The notes under the pieces: generated by a model | Databases searched by the model: none | Seen by the model: the letters and a program-made list of their open reading frames with translations, nothing else | What the model was told of the DNA's origin: nothing | Translations under genes and position numbers: made by a program | In this document: one piece after another, positions 49,463 through 62,585 of the stretch | Numbering within the stretch: the stretch's first letter is position 1 | Layout of the letters: each line of letters begins with the position of its first letter | Source of the DNA: Macrostomum lignano | Taxonomy: Eukaryota | Assembly (NCBI GenBank): GCA_002269645.1 | Contig: NIVC01003994.1 | Span: 1-64,000 of the forward strand | Reading direction: 5' to 3' | Length of the DNA: 64,000 nucleotides

Positions 49463-51495
49463 TAGGTCAACTGAGAGCAAGGATTAGGTCAACTGAGGAC
49501 ACGGGTTAGGTCAACTGAGGACACGGGTTAGGTCAACTGAGGACACAAGCTAGGTCAACTGAGGAGACAGGAAAGGTCAACTGAGGACACGGGTTAGGTC
49601 AACTGAGGGCAAGGATTAGGTCAACTGAGAGCAAGGATTAGGTCAACTGAGGACACGGGTTAGGTCAACTGAGGACACGGGTTAGGTCAACTGAGGACTA
49701 GATTAGGTCAGCTGAGGACACGGGTTAGGTCAACTGAGGACACAAGCTAGGTCAACTGAGGAGACAGGAAAGGTCAACTGAGGACACGGGTTAGGTCAAC
49801 TGAGGACACGGGTTAGGTCAATTGAGGACACGGGTTAGGTCAACTGAGGTCACGGGTTAGGTCAATCGAGGACACACAAGCTAGGTCAACTGAGGACACA
49901 AGCTAGGTCAACTGACGACACGGCTTAGGTCAACTGAGGTCACGGGTTAGGTCAATCGAGGACACACAAGCTAGGTCAACTGACGACACGGCTTAGGTCA
50001 ACTGAGGTCACGGATTAGGTCAACTGAGGACACAAGCTAGGTCACTTGAGGAGACGGGAAAGGTCAACTGAGGACACGGGTTAGGTCAATTGAGGACACG
50101 GGTTAGGTCAACTGAGGACACGGCTTAGGTCAACTGAGGTCACGGATTAGGTCAACTGAGGACACAAGCTAGGTCAACTGAGGACACAAGTTAGGTCAAT
50201 TGAGGATACGGGTTAGGTCAACTGAGGACACAAGCTAGGTCAACTGAGGACACAAGCTAGGTCAACTGAGGAGACAGGAAAGGTCAACTGAGGACACGGG
50301 TTAGGTCAATTGAGGACACGGGTTAGGTCAACTGAGGACACGGCTTAGGTCAACTGAGGTCACGGATTAGGTCAACTGAGGACACAAGCTAGGTCAACTG
50401 AGGACACAAGTTAGGTCAATTGAGGATACGGGTTAGGTCAACTGAGGACACAAGCTAGGTCAACTGAGGAGACAGGAAAGGTCAACTGAGGACACGGGTT
50501 AGGTCAATTGAGGACACGGGTTAGGTCAACTGAGGACACGGCTTAGGTCAACTGAGGTCACGGATTAAGTCAACTGAGGACACAAGCTAGGTCAATTGAG
50601 GACACAAGTTAGGTCAATTGAGGATACGGGTTAGGTCAACTGAGGACACAAGCTAGGTCAATTGAGGATACGGGTTAGGTCAACTGAGGACACAAGCTAG
50701 GTCAACTGAGGACACAAGCTAGGTCAACTGAGGAGACAGGAAAGGTCAATTGAGGACACGGGTTAGGTCAATTGAGGACACGGGTTAGGTCAACTGAGGA
50801 CACGGCTTAGGTCAACTGAGGTCACGGATTAGGTCAACTGAGGACACAAGCTAGGTCAATTGAGGACACAAGTTAGGTCAATTGAGGATACGGGTTAGGT
50901 CAACTGAGGACACAAGCTAGGTCAATTGAGGACACAAGTTAGGTCAATTGAGGATACGGGTTAGGTCAACTGAGGACACAAGCTAGGTCAACAGAGGAGA
51001 CAGGAAAGGTCAACTGAGGACACGGGTTAGGTCAACTGAGGACAGGGGTTAGGTCAATTGAGGACACGGGTTAGGTCAATCGAGGACACACAAGCTAGGT
51101 CAACTGAGGACACAAGCTAGGTCAACTGACGACACGGCTTAGGTCAACTGAGGTCACGGATTAGGTCAACTGAGGACACAAGCTAGGTTACTTGAGGAGA
51201 CGGGAAAGGTCAACTGAGGACACGGGTTAGGTCAACTGAGGACACGGCTTAGGTCAACTGAGGTCACGGATTAGTTCAACTGAGGACACAAGCTAGGTCA
51301 ACTGAGGACACAAGCTAGGTCAATTGAGGACACAAGTTAGGTCAATTGAGGATACGGGTTAGGTCAACTGAGGACACAAGCTAGGTCAACTGAGGACACA
51401 AGCTAGGTCAACTGAGGAGACGGGAAAGGTCAACTGAGGAGACGGGAAAGGTCAACTGAGGACACGGGTTAGGTCAACTGAGAACACGGGTTAAG
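49463..51495 (+). repeat. 22-bp intergenic minisatellite GGTCAACTGAGGACACGGGTTA with higher-order variants
   Basis: Direct inspection. Confidence 0.95.
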
Positions 51496-51938
51496 GTCTT
51501 CTAAGGACAAAACTTCTAAATCTTGATAAGCCAACTAGTATAGCAAGTAATCAATAGTATATATGTATATTAACACGTCTAGTATTTGTACAGAAGATGG
51601 TAGAAAAAGAACACAGGAAAAAAGCATACATGGATAGCGCTGTAGCGCACCCGAAAACAGGAGTACATGTATATAGCGTTCATGAATGTTGATTTAAAGC
51701 TTTGGTCAAAATCGTCTATAAAAAAGCAACAAGCTTGAAACGTGTGCAGGAAAAAGTTTCATTAATCAATATATAGCAGATTAATGTGAATTCAAATCTG
51801 TATAAACACAAAGGTATGAGTTTATAAAGTTATTCCATTCAAAACTGTCATAAATTTTAACTGTATTTCAGCTTGCTGGATAAATATCATATTCTCGATC
51901 AAGTATTCTCGAACTGACAACAAAGCTACTCAAAATCA

Positions 51939-54900
51939 CTAGACATGGATCCCGCCATCTGAGCCGCGCCGGATTTGACACAGCAGCACGATTGCGCAGA
52001 TGAGGCACACAATCTGAAAGGTTGGGGTTGGTCACCTCTTGGGTAGCTTAATTATAAGTCGGTTTTTGTTGGATAGGTGACTTAAACCAGTTTTTAAGGT
52101 AGGGTACCTAATTGGGTAGGTTGGTACGTAGTGCTAATTTGAATAGGCTAGTTAATAGGGTAGGTTGGTTAATAGGGTAGGTTGGTTAATAGGGTAGGTT
52201 GGTTAATTGGGTAGGTTGGTTAATAGGGTAGGTTGGTTAATAGGGTAGGTTGGTTAATAGGGTAGTTTGGTTAATAGGGTAGGTTGGTTAATTGGGTAGG
52301 TTGGTTGATTGGGTAGGTTGGTTAATTGGGTAGGTTGGTTAGTTGGGTAGGTTGGTTAATTGTGTAGGTTTGTTAGTTGGGTAGGTTGGTTGATTGGGTA
52401 GGTTGGTTAATTGGGTAGGTTGGTTAATTGTGTAGGTTGGTTAGTTGGGTAGGTTGGTTAATTGGGTAGGTTGGTTAATAGGGTAGGTTGGTTGATTGGG
52501 TAGGTTGGTTAGTTGGGTAGGTTGGTTAGTTGGGTAGGTTGGTTAATTGGGTAGGTTGGTTAGTTGGGTAGGTTGGTTAATTGTGTAGGTTGGTTAGTTG
52601 GGTAGGTTGGTTAATTGGGTAGGTTGGTTAGTTGGGTAGGTTGGTTAATTGTGTAGGTTGGTTAGTTGGGTAGGTTGGTTAATTGGGTAGGTTGGTTAAT
52701 AGGGTAGGTTGGTTGATTGGGTAGGTTGGTTGATTGGGTATGTTGGCTAATTGGGTAGGTTGGTTAATTGGGTAGGTTGGCTAATTGGGTAGGTTGGCTA
52801 ATTGGGTAGGTTGGCTAATTGGGTACGTTGGTTAATTGGGTAGGTTGGCTAATTGGGTAGGTTGGTTAATTGGGTAGGTTGGTTAATTGCGAATATTGGA
52901 GCAGATATTTTCACATAAAATGAAGACCAACAGCACCCACCTGCAGCAGGATGGCAGCAATCACGGTGCCGATCGTGGCGTGAATGAAAGTGCCGCTCAC
53001 ATCGATCAGCCTGTCCCAGCAGTCCTGCAACGTGAATTAATGTGAATATCACTATTAAGTACTATTGTCACAGTACATTGCTGCGTTACTATACTTAAGT
53101 GGCACAATCGAAAGAGGTATTAAGCACGCACTTCTTGTACATTCCCCGTCATCGAACTCAAAACCAATAAATCAGTTGAAGTACAAATAAGTGAATAAAA
53201 GTACAAAATATCAGTAAAAGTACAAATTAGCAGTAAAAGTACAAATTAATAAATTAAAGCGCTAAAAACAGCAAAAGTACAAATGAAACAGCTACCATTT
53301 CGTGTATAATTCCTTCCTCTCTGCTCTTCTTCTCATCCGTAGAGTACGCGCAGGACTGATACTTTGGGCCCTTAGTCAGGGCGCAGCATGAGTCAGGAAA
53401 TGTTCGAATCTTATCGCCGGAAGATGAAGAACCGCTTGAGTTGGCGTTGATAACGCGGAACCACGGGGTGCTGTTGAACAGGCTGGGCGACCCAAGGCCA
53501 CTCCAGCCGCAGCACTGCTCCTAGAGGCAGAAATTGTAGCGTTAAAGTAAATAATTATGCAAACATATCGTCTGCGGTTTGCAGCACTGGGCTTACTAAA
53601 CACCTGTCACATGGCGCCACAAACACTCATTGCCCCCTACAGTTGTGAGAAGGCGCCACAAACACCCATTTCCCCTTACTGCTGTCAGATGGCGCCACAA
53701 ACACCTATTGCCCCCTACAGCTGTCAGATGGCGCCACAAACACCCAGTGACCCCTACAGCTGTCAGATGGCGCCACAAACACCCATTGCCCCCTACAGCT
53801 GTCAAATGGCTCCACAAACACCAAGTGACCCCTACAGTTGTCAGATGGCACCACAAACACTCAGTGACCCCTACAGCTGTCAGATGGCGCCACAAACACC
53901 CATTGCCCCCTACAGCTGTCAAATGGCTCCACAAACACCCATTGCCCCCTACAGCTGTCAAATGGCTCCACAAACACCAAGTGACCCCTACAGTTGTCAG
54001 ATGGCACCACAAACACTCAGTGACCCCTACAGCTGTCAAATGGCTCCACAAACACCAAGTGACCCCTACAGTTGTCAGATGGCACCACAAACACCCAGTG
54101 ACCCCTACAGCTGTCAGATGGCGCTACAAACACCCAGTGACCCCTACAGCTGTCAGATGGCGCCAAACACCCATTGCCCCCTACAGCTGTCAAATGGCTC
54201 CACAAACACCCAGTGACCCCTACAGCTGTCAGATGGCGCCACAAACACCCAGTGACCCCTACAGCTGTCAGATGGCGCCACAAACACCCAGTGACCCCTA
54301 CAGCTGTCAGATGGCGCCACAAACACCCAGTGACCCCTACAGCTGTCAGATGGCGCCACAAACACCCTGAGATGCTTTCTGAAAATCTATTTCTCATAGA
54401 TATTTTACCTCTCGCTGAATGTTATCAACAGCATCGGTGAACAGCCGGCCACTAGGGTCCGTATCGTTGCCATAGAGACTGCGCATACTAACGGACATCC
54501 GATCTTTGGCGAAAGATTTCACCTCTTTGCTGAACGTGAAGGACAAAATTGCGACAGTAATGTTAGCGATGAGCAGGATGGCCAACAGAAAGGCGTACTG
54601 CAATGGGGGCAGGGTGGGATCTCTGAATGATCTGTGATACACAATAGAGATGTAAATAGGGGGTAGACATTCAATAGAGATGTACATTAGGGGACAGACC
54701 TTCAATAGAGAGATGTGCATAGGGGACAGACCTTCAATAGAGAGATGTACATTGGGGGGTAGACCTTCAATAGAGATGTACATTGGGGGGTAGACCTTCA
54801 ATAGAGATGTACATAGGGGGGTAGACCTTCAATAGAGATGTACATTGGGGCAAGACCTTCAATAGAGATGTACATTGGGGGGTAGACCTTCAATAGAGAA

Positions 54901-55377
54901 GGTCTATTGAAGGCAAGACGTAGAGATGTACATTGGGGCAAGACCTTCAATAGAGATGTACATTGGGGGCAAGACCTTCGATAAAGATTTACATTGGGGG
55001 CAGACCTTCGATAAAGATTTACATTGGGGGCAGACCTTCAATAGAGATGTACATTGAGTAGCCAGCAGACATGAAGCGGGCAATTGACTCCATCCCAAAC
55101 TCACCACAGTCAGCAAGCAAGAGGACTCCTTGCAAGAGCCAGAACAGCCAAACAGTCCAACAAGCAGGATGACGCAGCCGCAGCCAATCAGAATGACCCT
55201 GATGCTTTTCAGAGTTTCCATTGCGGCAATAACGTCGGAAAAACGTCCCAGCTCAGCGCTGGTGCACAGGTAGATTCCAACGCCAAGAACTAAAGCGCCA
55301 ACTAGAAGGAGCAAAGCGTTCACAATAATTAAGAATATCTTTAGAAAGAGGCTTGGTTTGCCTCCTCCGCTGGCCAT
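51939..55377 (-). CDS. Tetraspanin A, 281 aa; exons 55377-55105, 54597-54409, 53520-53296, 53024-52941, 52013-51939
   Basis: GCSGSCKESSCLL, QCCGW, TPWF, PDSCC, 6 Cys; same intron positions and 189/84-nt exons as B and C. Confidence 0.93.
52150..52887 (+). repeat. 17-bp minisatellite GGGTAGGTTGGTTAATT (tetraspanin A intron 4)
   Basis: Direct inspection. Confidence 0.95.
53605..54368 (+). repeat. 39-bp minisatellite (tetraspanin A intron 2)
   Basis: gatggcgccacaaacacccagtgacccctacagctgtca; gives the 13-aa MAPQTPSDPYSCQ ORF period. Confidence 0.95.
54645..55066 (+). repeat. ~30-bp minisatellite GACCTTCAATAGAGATGTACATTGGGGG.. (tetraspanin A intron 1)
   Basis: Direct inspection. Confidence 0.93.
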
Positions 55378-55584
55378 GGCTTCAGTTTGAGCAGCTGAGC
55401 ATGAATACATAAGCGGGGGGGGTGGCTTGAGTCTAGTTAAACCTTCCTTAAGATATTGTATTATATGCTGTTAATGATATTATCGTTCTACTAAAAACTT
55501 TAGTCGCGGTTTGAAGCCCTGATGCTAGAGATTCTGAGACCAGCTAAATGCATTTATGAGTAGTGTCAAGTGTGATAAACTGGG

Positions 55585-57600
55585 GATGTCAGGTGTGCCA
55601 AACTAAGAGTGTCAGGTGTGCCAAACTAAGAGTGTCAGGTGTGCCAAACTAAGGGTTTCAGGTGTGCCAAACTAAGGGTGTCAGGTGTGCCAAACTAAGA
55701 GTGTCAGGTGTGCCAAACTAAGAGTGTCAGGTGTGCCAAACTAAGGGTTTCAGGTGTGCCAAACTAAGGGTGTCAGGTGTGCCAAACTAAGGGTGTCAGG
55801 TGTACCAAACTAAGGGTGTCAGGTGTGCCAAACTAAGGGTGTCAGGTGTGCCAAACTAAGAGTGTCAGGTGTGCCAAACTAAGAGTGTCAGGTGTGCCAA
55901 ACTAAGAGTGTCAGGTGTGCCAAACTAAGGGTGTCAGGTGTGCCAAACTAAGGGTGTCAGGTGTGCCAAACTAAGAGTGTCAGGTGTGCCAAATTAAGAG
56001 TGTCAGGTGTGCCAAACTAAGGGTGTCAGGTGTGCTAAATAAGGGTGTCAGGTGTGCCAAATTAAGAGTGTCAGGTGTGCCAAACTAAGGGTGTCAGGTG
56101 TGCCAAACTAAGGGTGTCAGGTGTGCCAAACTAAGAGTGTCAGGTGTGCCAAACTAAGAGTGTCAGGTGTGCCAAATTAAGGGTGTCAGGTGTGCCAAAC
56201 TAAGGGTGTCAGGTGTGCCAAATTAAGAGTGTCAGGTGTGCCAAACTAAGAGTGTCAGGTGTGCCAAATTAAGGGTGTCAGGTGTGCCAAATTAAGGGTG
56301 TCAGGTGTGCCAAATTAAGGATGTCAGGTGTGCCAAACTAAGAGTGTCAGGTGTGCCAAATTAAGAGTGTCAGGTGTGCCAAACTAAGAGTGTCAGGTGT
56401 GCCAAATTAATGGTGTCAGGTGTGCCAAATTAAGGGTGTCAGGTGTGCCAAATTAAGGGTGTCAGGTGTGCCAAATTAAGGGTGTCAGGTGTGCCAAACT
56501 AAGAGTGTCAGGTGTGCCAAACTAGGGGTGTCAGGTGTGCCAAAGTAAGGGTGTCAGGTGTGCCAAACTAAGAGTGTCAGGTGTGCCAAACTAAGAGTGT
56601 CAGATGTGCCAAACTAGGGGTGTCAGGTGTGCCAAAGTAAGGGTGTCAGGTGTGCCAAACTAGGGGTGTCAGGTGTGCCAAACTAAGAGTGTCAGGTGTG
56701 CCAAATTAAGGGTGTCAGGTGTGCCAAATTAAGGGTGTCAGGTGTGCCAAATTAAGGGTGTCAGGTGTGCCAAACTAAGAGTGTCAGGTGTGCCAAACTA
56801 AAGGTGTCAGGTGTGCCAAACTAAGGGTGTCAGGTGTGCCAAACTAAGGGTGTCAGGTGTGCCAAACTAAGAGTGTCAGGTGTGCCAAACTAAAGGTGTC
56901 AGGTGTGCCAAACTAAGGGTGTCAGGTGTGCCAAACTAAGGGTGTCAGGTGTGCCAAATAAGGGTATCAGGTGTGCCAAACTAAGAGTGTCAGGTGTGCC
57001 AAATTAAGAGTGTCAGGTGTGCCAAACTAAGAGTGTCAGGTGTGCCAAATTAAGAGTGTCAGGTGTGCCAAACTAAGGGTGTCAGGTGTGCTAAATAAAG
57101 GTGTCAGGTGTGCCAAACTAAGAGTGTCAGGTGTGCCAAATTAGGAGTGTCAGGTGTGCCAAACTAAGGGTGTCAGGTGTGCCAAACTAAGGGTGTCAGG
57201 TGTGCCAAATAAGGGTATCAGGTGTGCCAAACTAAGAGTGTCAGGTGTGCCAAATTAAGAGTGTCAGGTGTGCCAAACTAAGAGTGTCAGGTGTGCCAAA
57301 TTAGGAGTGTCAGGTGTGCCAAACTAAGGGTGTCAGGTGTGCTAAATAAGGGTGTCAGGTGTGCCAAACTAAGAGTGTCAGGTGTGCCAAATTAGGAGTG
57401 TCAGGTGTGCCAAACTAAGGGTGTCAGGTGTGCCAAACTAAGAGTGTCAGGTGTGCCAAATTAAGAGTGTCAGGTGTGCCAAACTAAGGGTGTCAGGTGT
57501 GCCAAACTAAGGGTGTCAGGTGTGCCAAACTAAGGGTGTCAGGTGTGCCAATTTAAGGGTGTCAGGTGTGCCAAGCTAGGGGTGTCAGTTGTACCAAACT
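55585..57600 (+). repeat. 23-bp intergenic minisatellite GTGTCAGGTGTGCCAAACTAAG(G/A), ~87 copies
   Basis: Direct inspection. Confidence 0.96.
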
Positions 57601-57910
57601 AGTAAGCATTTTAACAAAATTAGTAGACAAAGAAGGCACAGATATCGTTAGTAGTATAAGTCAATAAATATAGATTAACCCATTTATCCAATAACTGAGA
57701 CAGTAACAAATTCAATTATAAATATAAAAATTCTATTTTGTTGACCACAATTGCCAGTGTAATCGGCAGCTTGCACAATAAAAGAAACATATAAGTATTT
57801 ATGAACAGAAAAAAACTATTTTAATGAATAAACAAATGAATGAGAGAAAATGCTAAGTTTTTTTAGCAAGGGAAGCCAGCCTTATTGGAATGTCAACCGC
57901 ATGAATTTGA

Positions 57911-60107
57911 TGTAACCACGCTCTGGTCGCGGGATAGGGCATGGGAACTTTTTCGAAAGTGCCTCCTATCCCGTGCACCCTCTGCACAGAGCTGTCGAGA
58001 CTCGGCCAGGTCTCCGACCGGGCCTGGAGACTCCCGCTCTGCTGCACCCCTCCTGCTGCCTTGGTCCCGTCTCTCCTGCCGCCACACCTGCCTTTCCGGA
58101 GCCCCTACCCCTTTCTGTACCTCCCCCTCTACCCTATCTCTTCTGTTCCCGCCCTATTCTTCCTGTACTTTCTCTACCTCCTCCCTTTTTTTGTCTCCCT
58201 CTGCACTCTTTTCCTGCGCTGTCCCCTCTTTCCCTGTGTCTACTTACAGTACTTTGTGTGCTCACCGTCTCCCCATCCCCTCTCAAACTCCCAAACGGTG
58301 ACGCAAGTCGTGTGACCCCTTCTCCCCTCGATGACTCATCCCCCTCTCTTGCGCAACCTTTTCTCACGCTATTGTTCTCCTTCCCAAATTTCTCATGTGA
58401 CACCCACCCCACCTCCGCTTCTATTGTTCTCGGTTTTGCTTCTTTTGTTCTCTCGACCCCACCAATTATCACATTTTCTCCGATTTTCTCTTTCTTTTGT
58501 TCTCGTTTTCGCACCTAATTATCACCTTTTCTCCAATGTTTACTTTTCCATTGTTCTCAGTTTTCCCCAATTATCCCCGATTTCCAATTCCTTTGTTCTC
58601 GACCCCAGCCCTATTGTTCTCAATGTTTGCTTGCGCAACACTTTCGCGACCACCCGCTGCGCCAATTATCCCCCCACCCCACCTCCGGATTGCGCAATTT
58701 CCCGATTTCTCATGTTGCTATGCCGGTCTCATGCTTCTCATCATGACTCATTCTGACGTCATTCTGCCGGCAGCCAATCAGAGAGAGGGAGCCATGGTAA
58801 CGACCTTGAGGAGGCGGCTGTGAGGTCTATAAAAGGAAGCGATTTCGGCATGAGAATACTCAACTGAGTTTATCTCTGTTCCTCTCCTCGTCCTTCTTTG
58901 GACTTGCTGTCAGATTGAGTTCTGACCCATTCGTCTATAAGACGAATCCCTGCCGGTCCGCGGTCTGTTACCGCCAAGTTATCCTTAGCTCCCCAAGTGA
59001 GCTCGCCTATCGGCCAGCGGTCTGATACCGCCCAGCATCATCAGCATCGCCTGATCTACATCAGCGCCTCGTCGCTCCAGCGCATCGCCGCTTCACCGTC
59101 TGCCTGACTGCAGCCTACAGCCGCCCTCGGTCACTCCGCCTCTCTCTCTCTCTGTGCAGCTGCCGGTAAGTTCCTGCTACTAATTTGTGCTCTAATTGCC
59201 TTTGCTTATCCGGGGTTTGCCTATTTTCCATTGTCTGATTAGAGAGCTGAGCCAATTGTGATACCGTATCTTTTGCTGTATCTTACTCAATAGTGAAGCC
59301 GCCTAATTGCCTGCTTATTTGCCTAAGGGCCTAATTATTAACTATTAACTAACTTCATCATTATTCAATCTTTCACCATCATTTCACTCATGGCTTGCTA
59401 AGCCTTTCCCCGGGGTGGCAAAGCATAAGGAAGTTTGGGTAAGCTAATGGCCTCTCCCCGTGCACAGCCCGCCTGTGAGTGCGTGCTGCGGGGCCGCGTG
59501 TGCGTGCAGTAGAGGGATTAGCGAGTCTTGGCACAGAATGGCAGTAGGAAGGTTGCAACCCCATGCTACGCGTCCCTTCGCCCTGAGCAATCTAAACTGT
59601 AGATAGTACATGTTCGCCTCATACTACTCTTAGTAATCAAAGTCGCAAGTCAGCCTCGCTCACAGCCACAAAGGATCCCCTGCTGAGAAATCCTCCAGGA
59701 TTGAGCCCAGAGTTCCCGATCATGCCCCAAGCAGAGTCCCTGTACTCGGCTGCATGCGTCTCCCCTGTTAGCCTAAATCCCCTGGTAACCAATCCAGGCG
59801 GGGCTCTAGCCTCGAGAGGTCTGGTAGAAAGATCCAGGTGCGCCAGGTCACATAGAGTGGTGGCAGCCACTCGGTCATACCATGACCGAGTGACCAACTA
59901 TTGCACCTTGGCTACAGGTGGGGTCCATGTGGGTCCTTGGCCCTCTGGTCACGAAGCGCTACCAAAGCTACTAATCATGTGGGCGGGACAGTCTGGTGCT
60001 GGAGGTCCGTCAGGTCATTGCCCGGTCATAGGCAGCCTACGGTCATTGCCCCCTCTAGCCATGCGTTCGTCTCTCTACGGAGCGGACAGGCGACAAGGGC
60101 GGTTACA
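57911..60107 (+). repeat. 5' LTR (2197 bp)
   Basis: Perfect 7-bp terminal inverted repeat TGTAACC...GGTTACA, with a PBS 6 nt downstream. Confidence 0.82.
58773..58834 (+). promoter_or_regulatory. LTR core promoter: CCAAT box (~58774) and TATAAAA (58828-58834)
   Basis: gccaatcag and ctataaaagg at typical spacing inside the LTR. Confidence 0.55.
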
Positions 60108-60113
60108 TCAAAA

Positions 60114-60131
60114 TGGTGGCAGCGGTGGGAT
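60114..60131 (+). other. Primer-binding site, tRNA-Leu
   Basis: TGGTGGCAGCGGTGGGAT, 18-nt complement of the tRNA-Leu 3' end. Confidence 0.88.
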
Positions 60132-62585
60132 CTGGTGCAAACAGCGCTGAGTTTCGGACTGGTGGTTTAGATGTGACAAGCGCACCTGTGGCATCCCTCA
60201 GAATGGTGGCCGAAGCGCAAAGAGTGCCATGTCTAAATCTACCAATCGTAAAAATCGCCAATCGTCATTCTCTTCTCCCATGGCGTGAGGCAACAAAATC
60301 CAAAAATATTAATGTAACTTTTCAAATTTTTCGGGCTGCGAATTCGTTCAATTCATTCGAAATTTCCAAATTCATTCATTCGCCAAAAGCCCCTGATTCA
60401 ATTTAAAATTAATTTAGCCGATCAGTTTCAGCGCTAGAAAGTGTGAAGTGGTAGACGAGCGGATTTGATTACAATCAGAATAGCTACCTGGTAACGGAGT
60501 GTGTGAAGAACTGCGAAAGTGAATTTTCCGGACTCACTTTCTATTTCATGGTAATATGCTTTATTTCCCCTCCCTTTCTTTCTCTCGCCTAGCCTACAGC
60601 AGAACTGTGTGAGTGTTGAGGTGGACAGCCAGCCAGGTACGGAAGCCTCATCACGCAAGCACAGGGAAGCTGGAAGCGAAGCATTTCTTTCCTTTGTCCT
60701 ACCTCTTTCTTTTACTCGGGGAGTGTAACAGTCGCTCTCCCTGATCGCTCAGTTAATCCTAGAAATGCGTAGAGACCGGAGCGTGTTTTGTTTGTCCATT
60801 AGAATGAACAGCTATCAAGGGCTATGGGGAACTCGCTATATATGCATAGTAAGGGAAGCAGTAGTCATGGCCTTGGAAACATTGGGGGATACCAAAGTCT
60901 CGCAGGAATGGGAATAGCGGTGTGATTGTATCTCTGTAGGGTATCAGTGTGACTCAAAAATCTCGGGCTAAAAAAAGTGTCACCTCCTATGGAATACCTG
61001 CGATCAGCCCGGACCTGAATTCTGCGGTAACCCCTGGTGCCTTCATGGCTGGGATTCGATCCCAACGTGTCTGCTGACTCTCCCCACTGTATTGCAGACC
61101 CGGTAGTAACTGCTTTGGTTGCATTTGGGCTGGTGCAGTGGCTGGAAATAGTAGATCCCATAGTATCCTATTGATAGTGGAGTTCAGTGAGTATTGGAAT
61201 GGTGTACTGGAAGTCTGGTGGCCCCAGTGATCTCGTAATGTTTCCTGCTGCATTCTCCTCCTTTAGTAATTCCTCCCCCCTGCTGTCAGTCTGATAGGGG
61301 AGGTGGGTGTGCCAATCAGCCCGACCCGGTAGAACGGCGCTCCTGCCCGACTTGTCAGCTGGCCCAGGAAGGCGCTATTGCGCAACTCTTTTCCCCTCTG
61401 GCCACTGCAGCCCACTAAGCGCTTAGACGCAGGGTTGCATGCAGTCCCCTAATGTAAAGCCCCGGTACATAGAGTGCCACCCAGTGCCCCGCAAGGTCAA
61501 TAAGACGGTTGACGTCTCTGGCAACTTGGAATAACCTAGATGGAGGTACCGCTGTCTCCTGGTAGAACCGGGCGTTCAAGTACAGTAAAGTGGAGAGGCT
61601 GACAACTGTAGGACTTTCTCCGCCATCAGATAAAGGTCCCAAGTATGCTATTTCGAGCTGCAGCAAAGGTGGAGTATCGGAGGGGCAAGCATTTCAGGAA
61701 GATACTCACTTAGGTCTGTTTATCCTAGGAAAGCGGGCGAGAGTTTCAGGCTTGTAATCCGCCTAACCTGAAAACTTCGGGGACAGTTTAGTCTGGACTC
61801 CCGCTGCGCGCCTTCGCTCTGAACAGAAGGGGAGGTCTTGGTTTTTGTGGATTCTGCTAGACGTAGGGGAGCTGGATTCCCGCCTTTTGTGAAGCTGCGT
61901 GTACAAGATTGGTAGTCCTGAGGTGGAAGCCCCACTGGACTCCGACGGTTTTCCGGCTGTGCAAGGGCAGTAAAGTGGGAGGACCTCCATGGGGATTGCT
62001 CCCGCCACTTGGGTTTTTGGGTCCAGGCGCCAACGCTTCTTCGTAGTAGCTTTCTTAAGGAAATGGGGTCCGGCGCGCAACCCTAGGGGAGAATTTGTAC
62101 AGGTGCCGTAAGTCCGTTTACGGTCGGCATTTGGGTTCCCTAGCATGGCCGCAAAATGAAGGTCAAGTCTCTCTGAATAGCCAATTTTTCCCTGTCAGGA
62201 TGTGCCATAGACAACTGGTAGTGGTAGCCGCAGTTTGAGTCAGTGTGCTTTGCCGAGTGAAGCCGTTAGGACTGCCTAAATGGAATTATGTGGAGCCACC
62301 CGTTTTTCAATTTGTTTTCTTCGACGCCGCAAGTATGTGGGTTTTGTCTGTGTTTGTGTGTGTGTGAGTGTGTTTGTGTGTTTCGGATCAACTTTTCGGT
62401 CTTTACCTGTAGTTGCCCCGGTTTTCTTTTCTTTTCCTTCCCGGTGGTGGGTACTCCCCCAGCTATCCGGCATTCACATGTCACGGGCGCGTGGAGATAG
62501 GGTCGTAGAAGCTGTGTGCGCAGACGCCCCTGGTCAACCACCCTCGGCCGCTGACACCCCAGCAGTTGCCGCCCCCGCAGCCGCA

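Noticed and set aside
49463-52887. GGGTTAGG / GGGTAGGTTGG motifs as interstitial telomeric repeat
   Set aside because: Only about one telomere-like word per longer unit; no (TTAGGG)n run
57853-60170. ORFs of 64-181 aa inside the LTR
   Set aside because: Low-complexity pyrimidine/purine-skewed translations with no domain signal
60715-60730. GGGGAG-TGTAACA resembling a PPT plus the start of a nested LTR
   Set aside because: Purine tract only 6 nt; no matching LTR end or similarity to 57911 beyond TGTAAC
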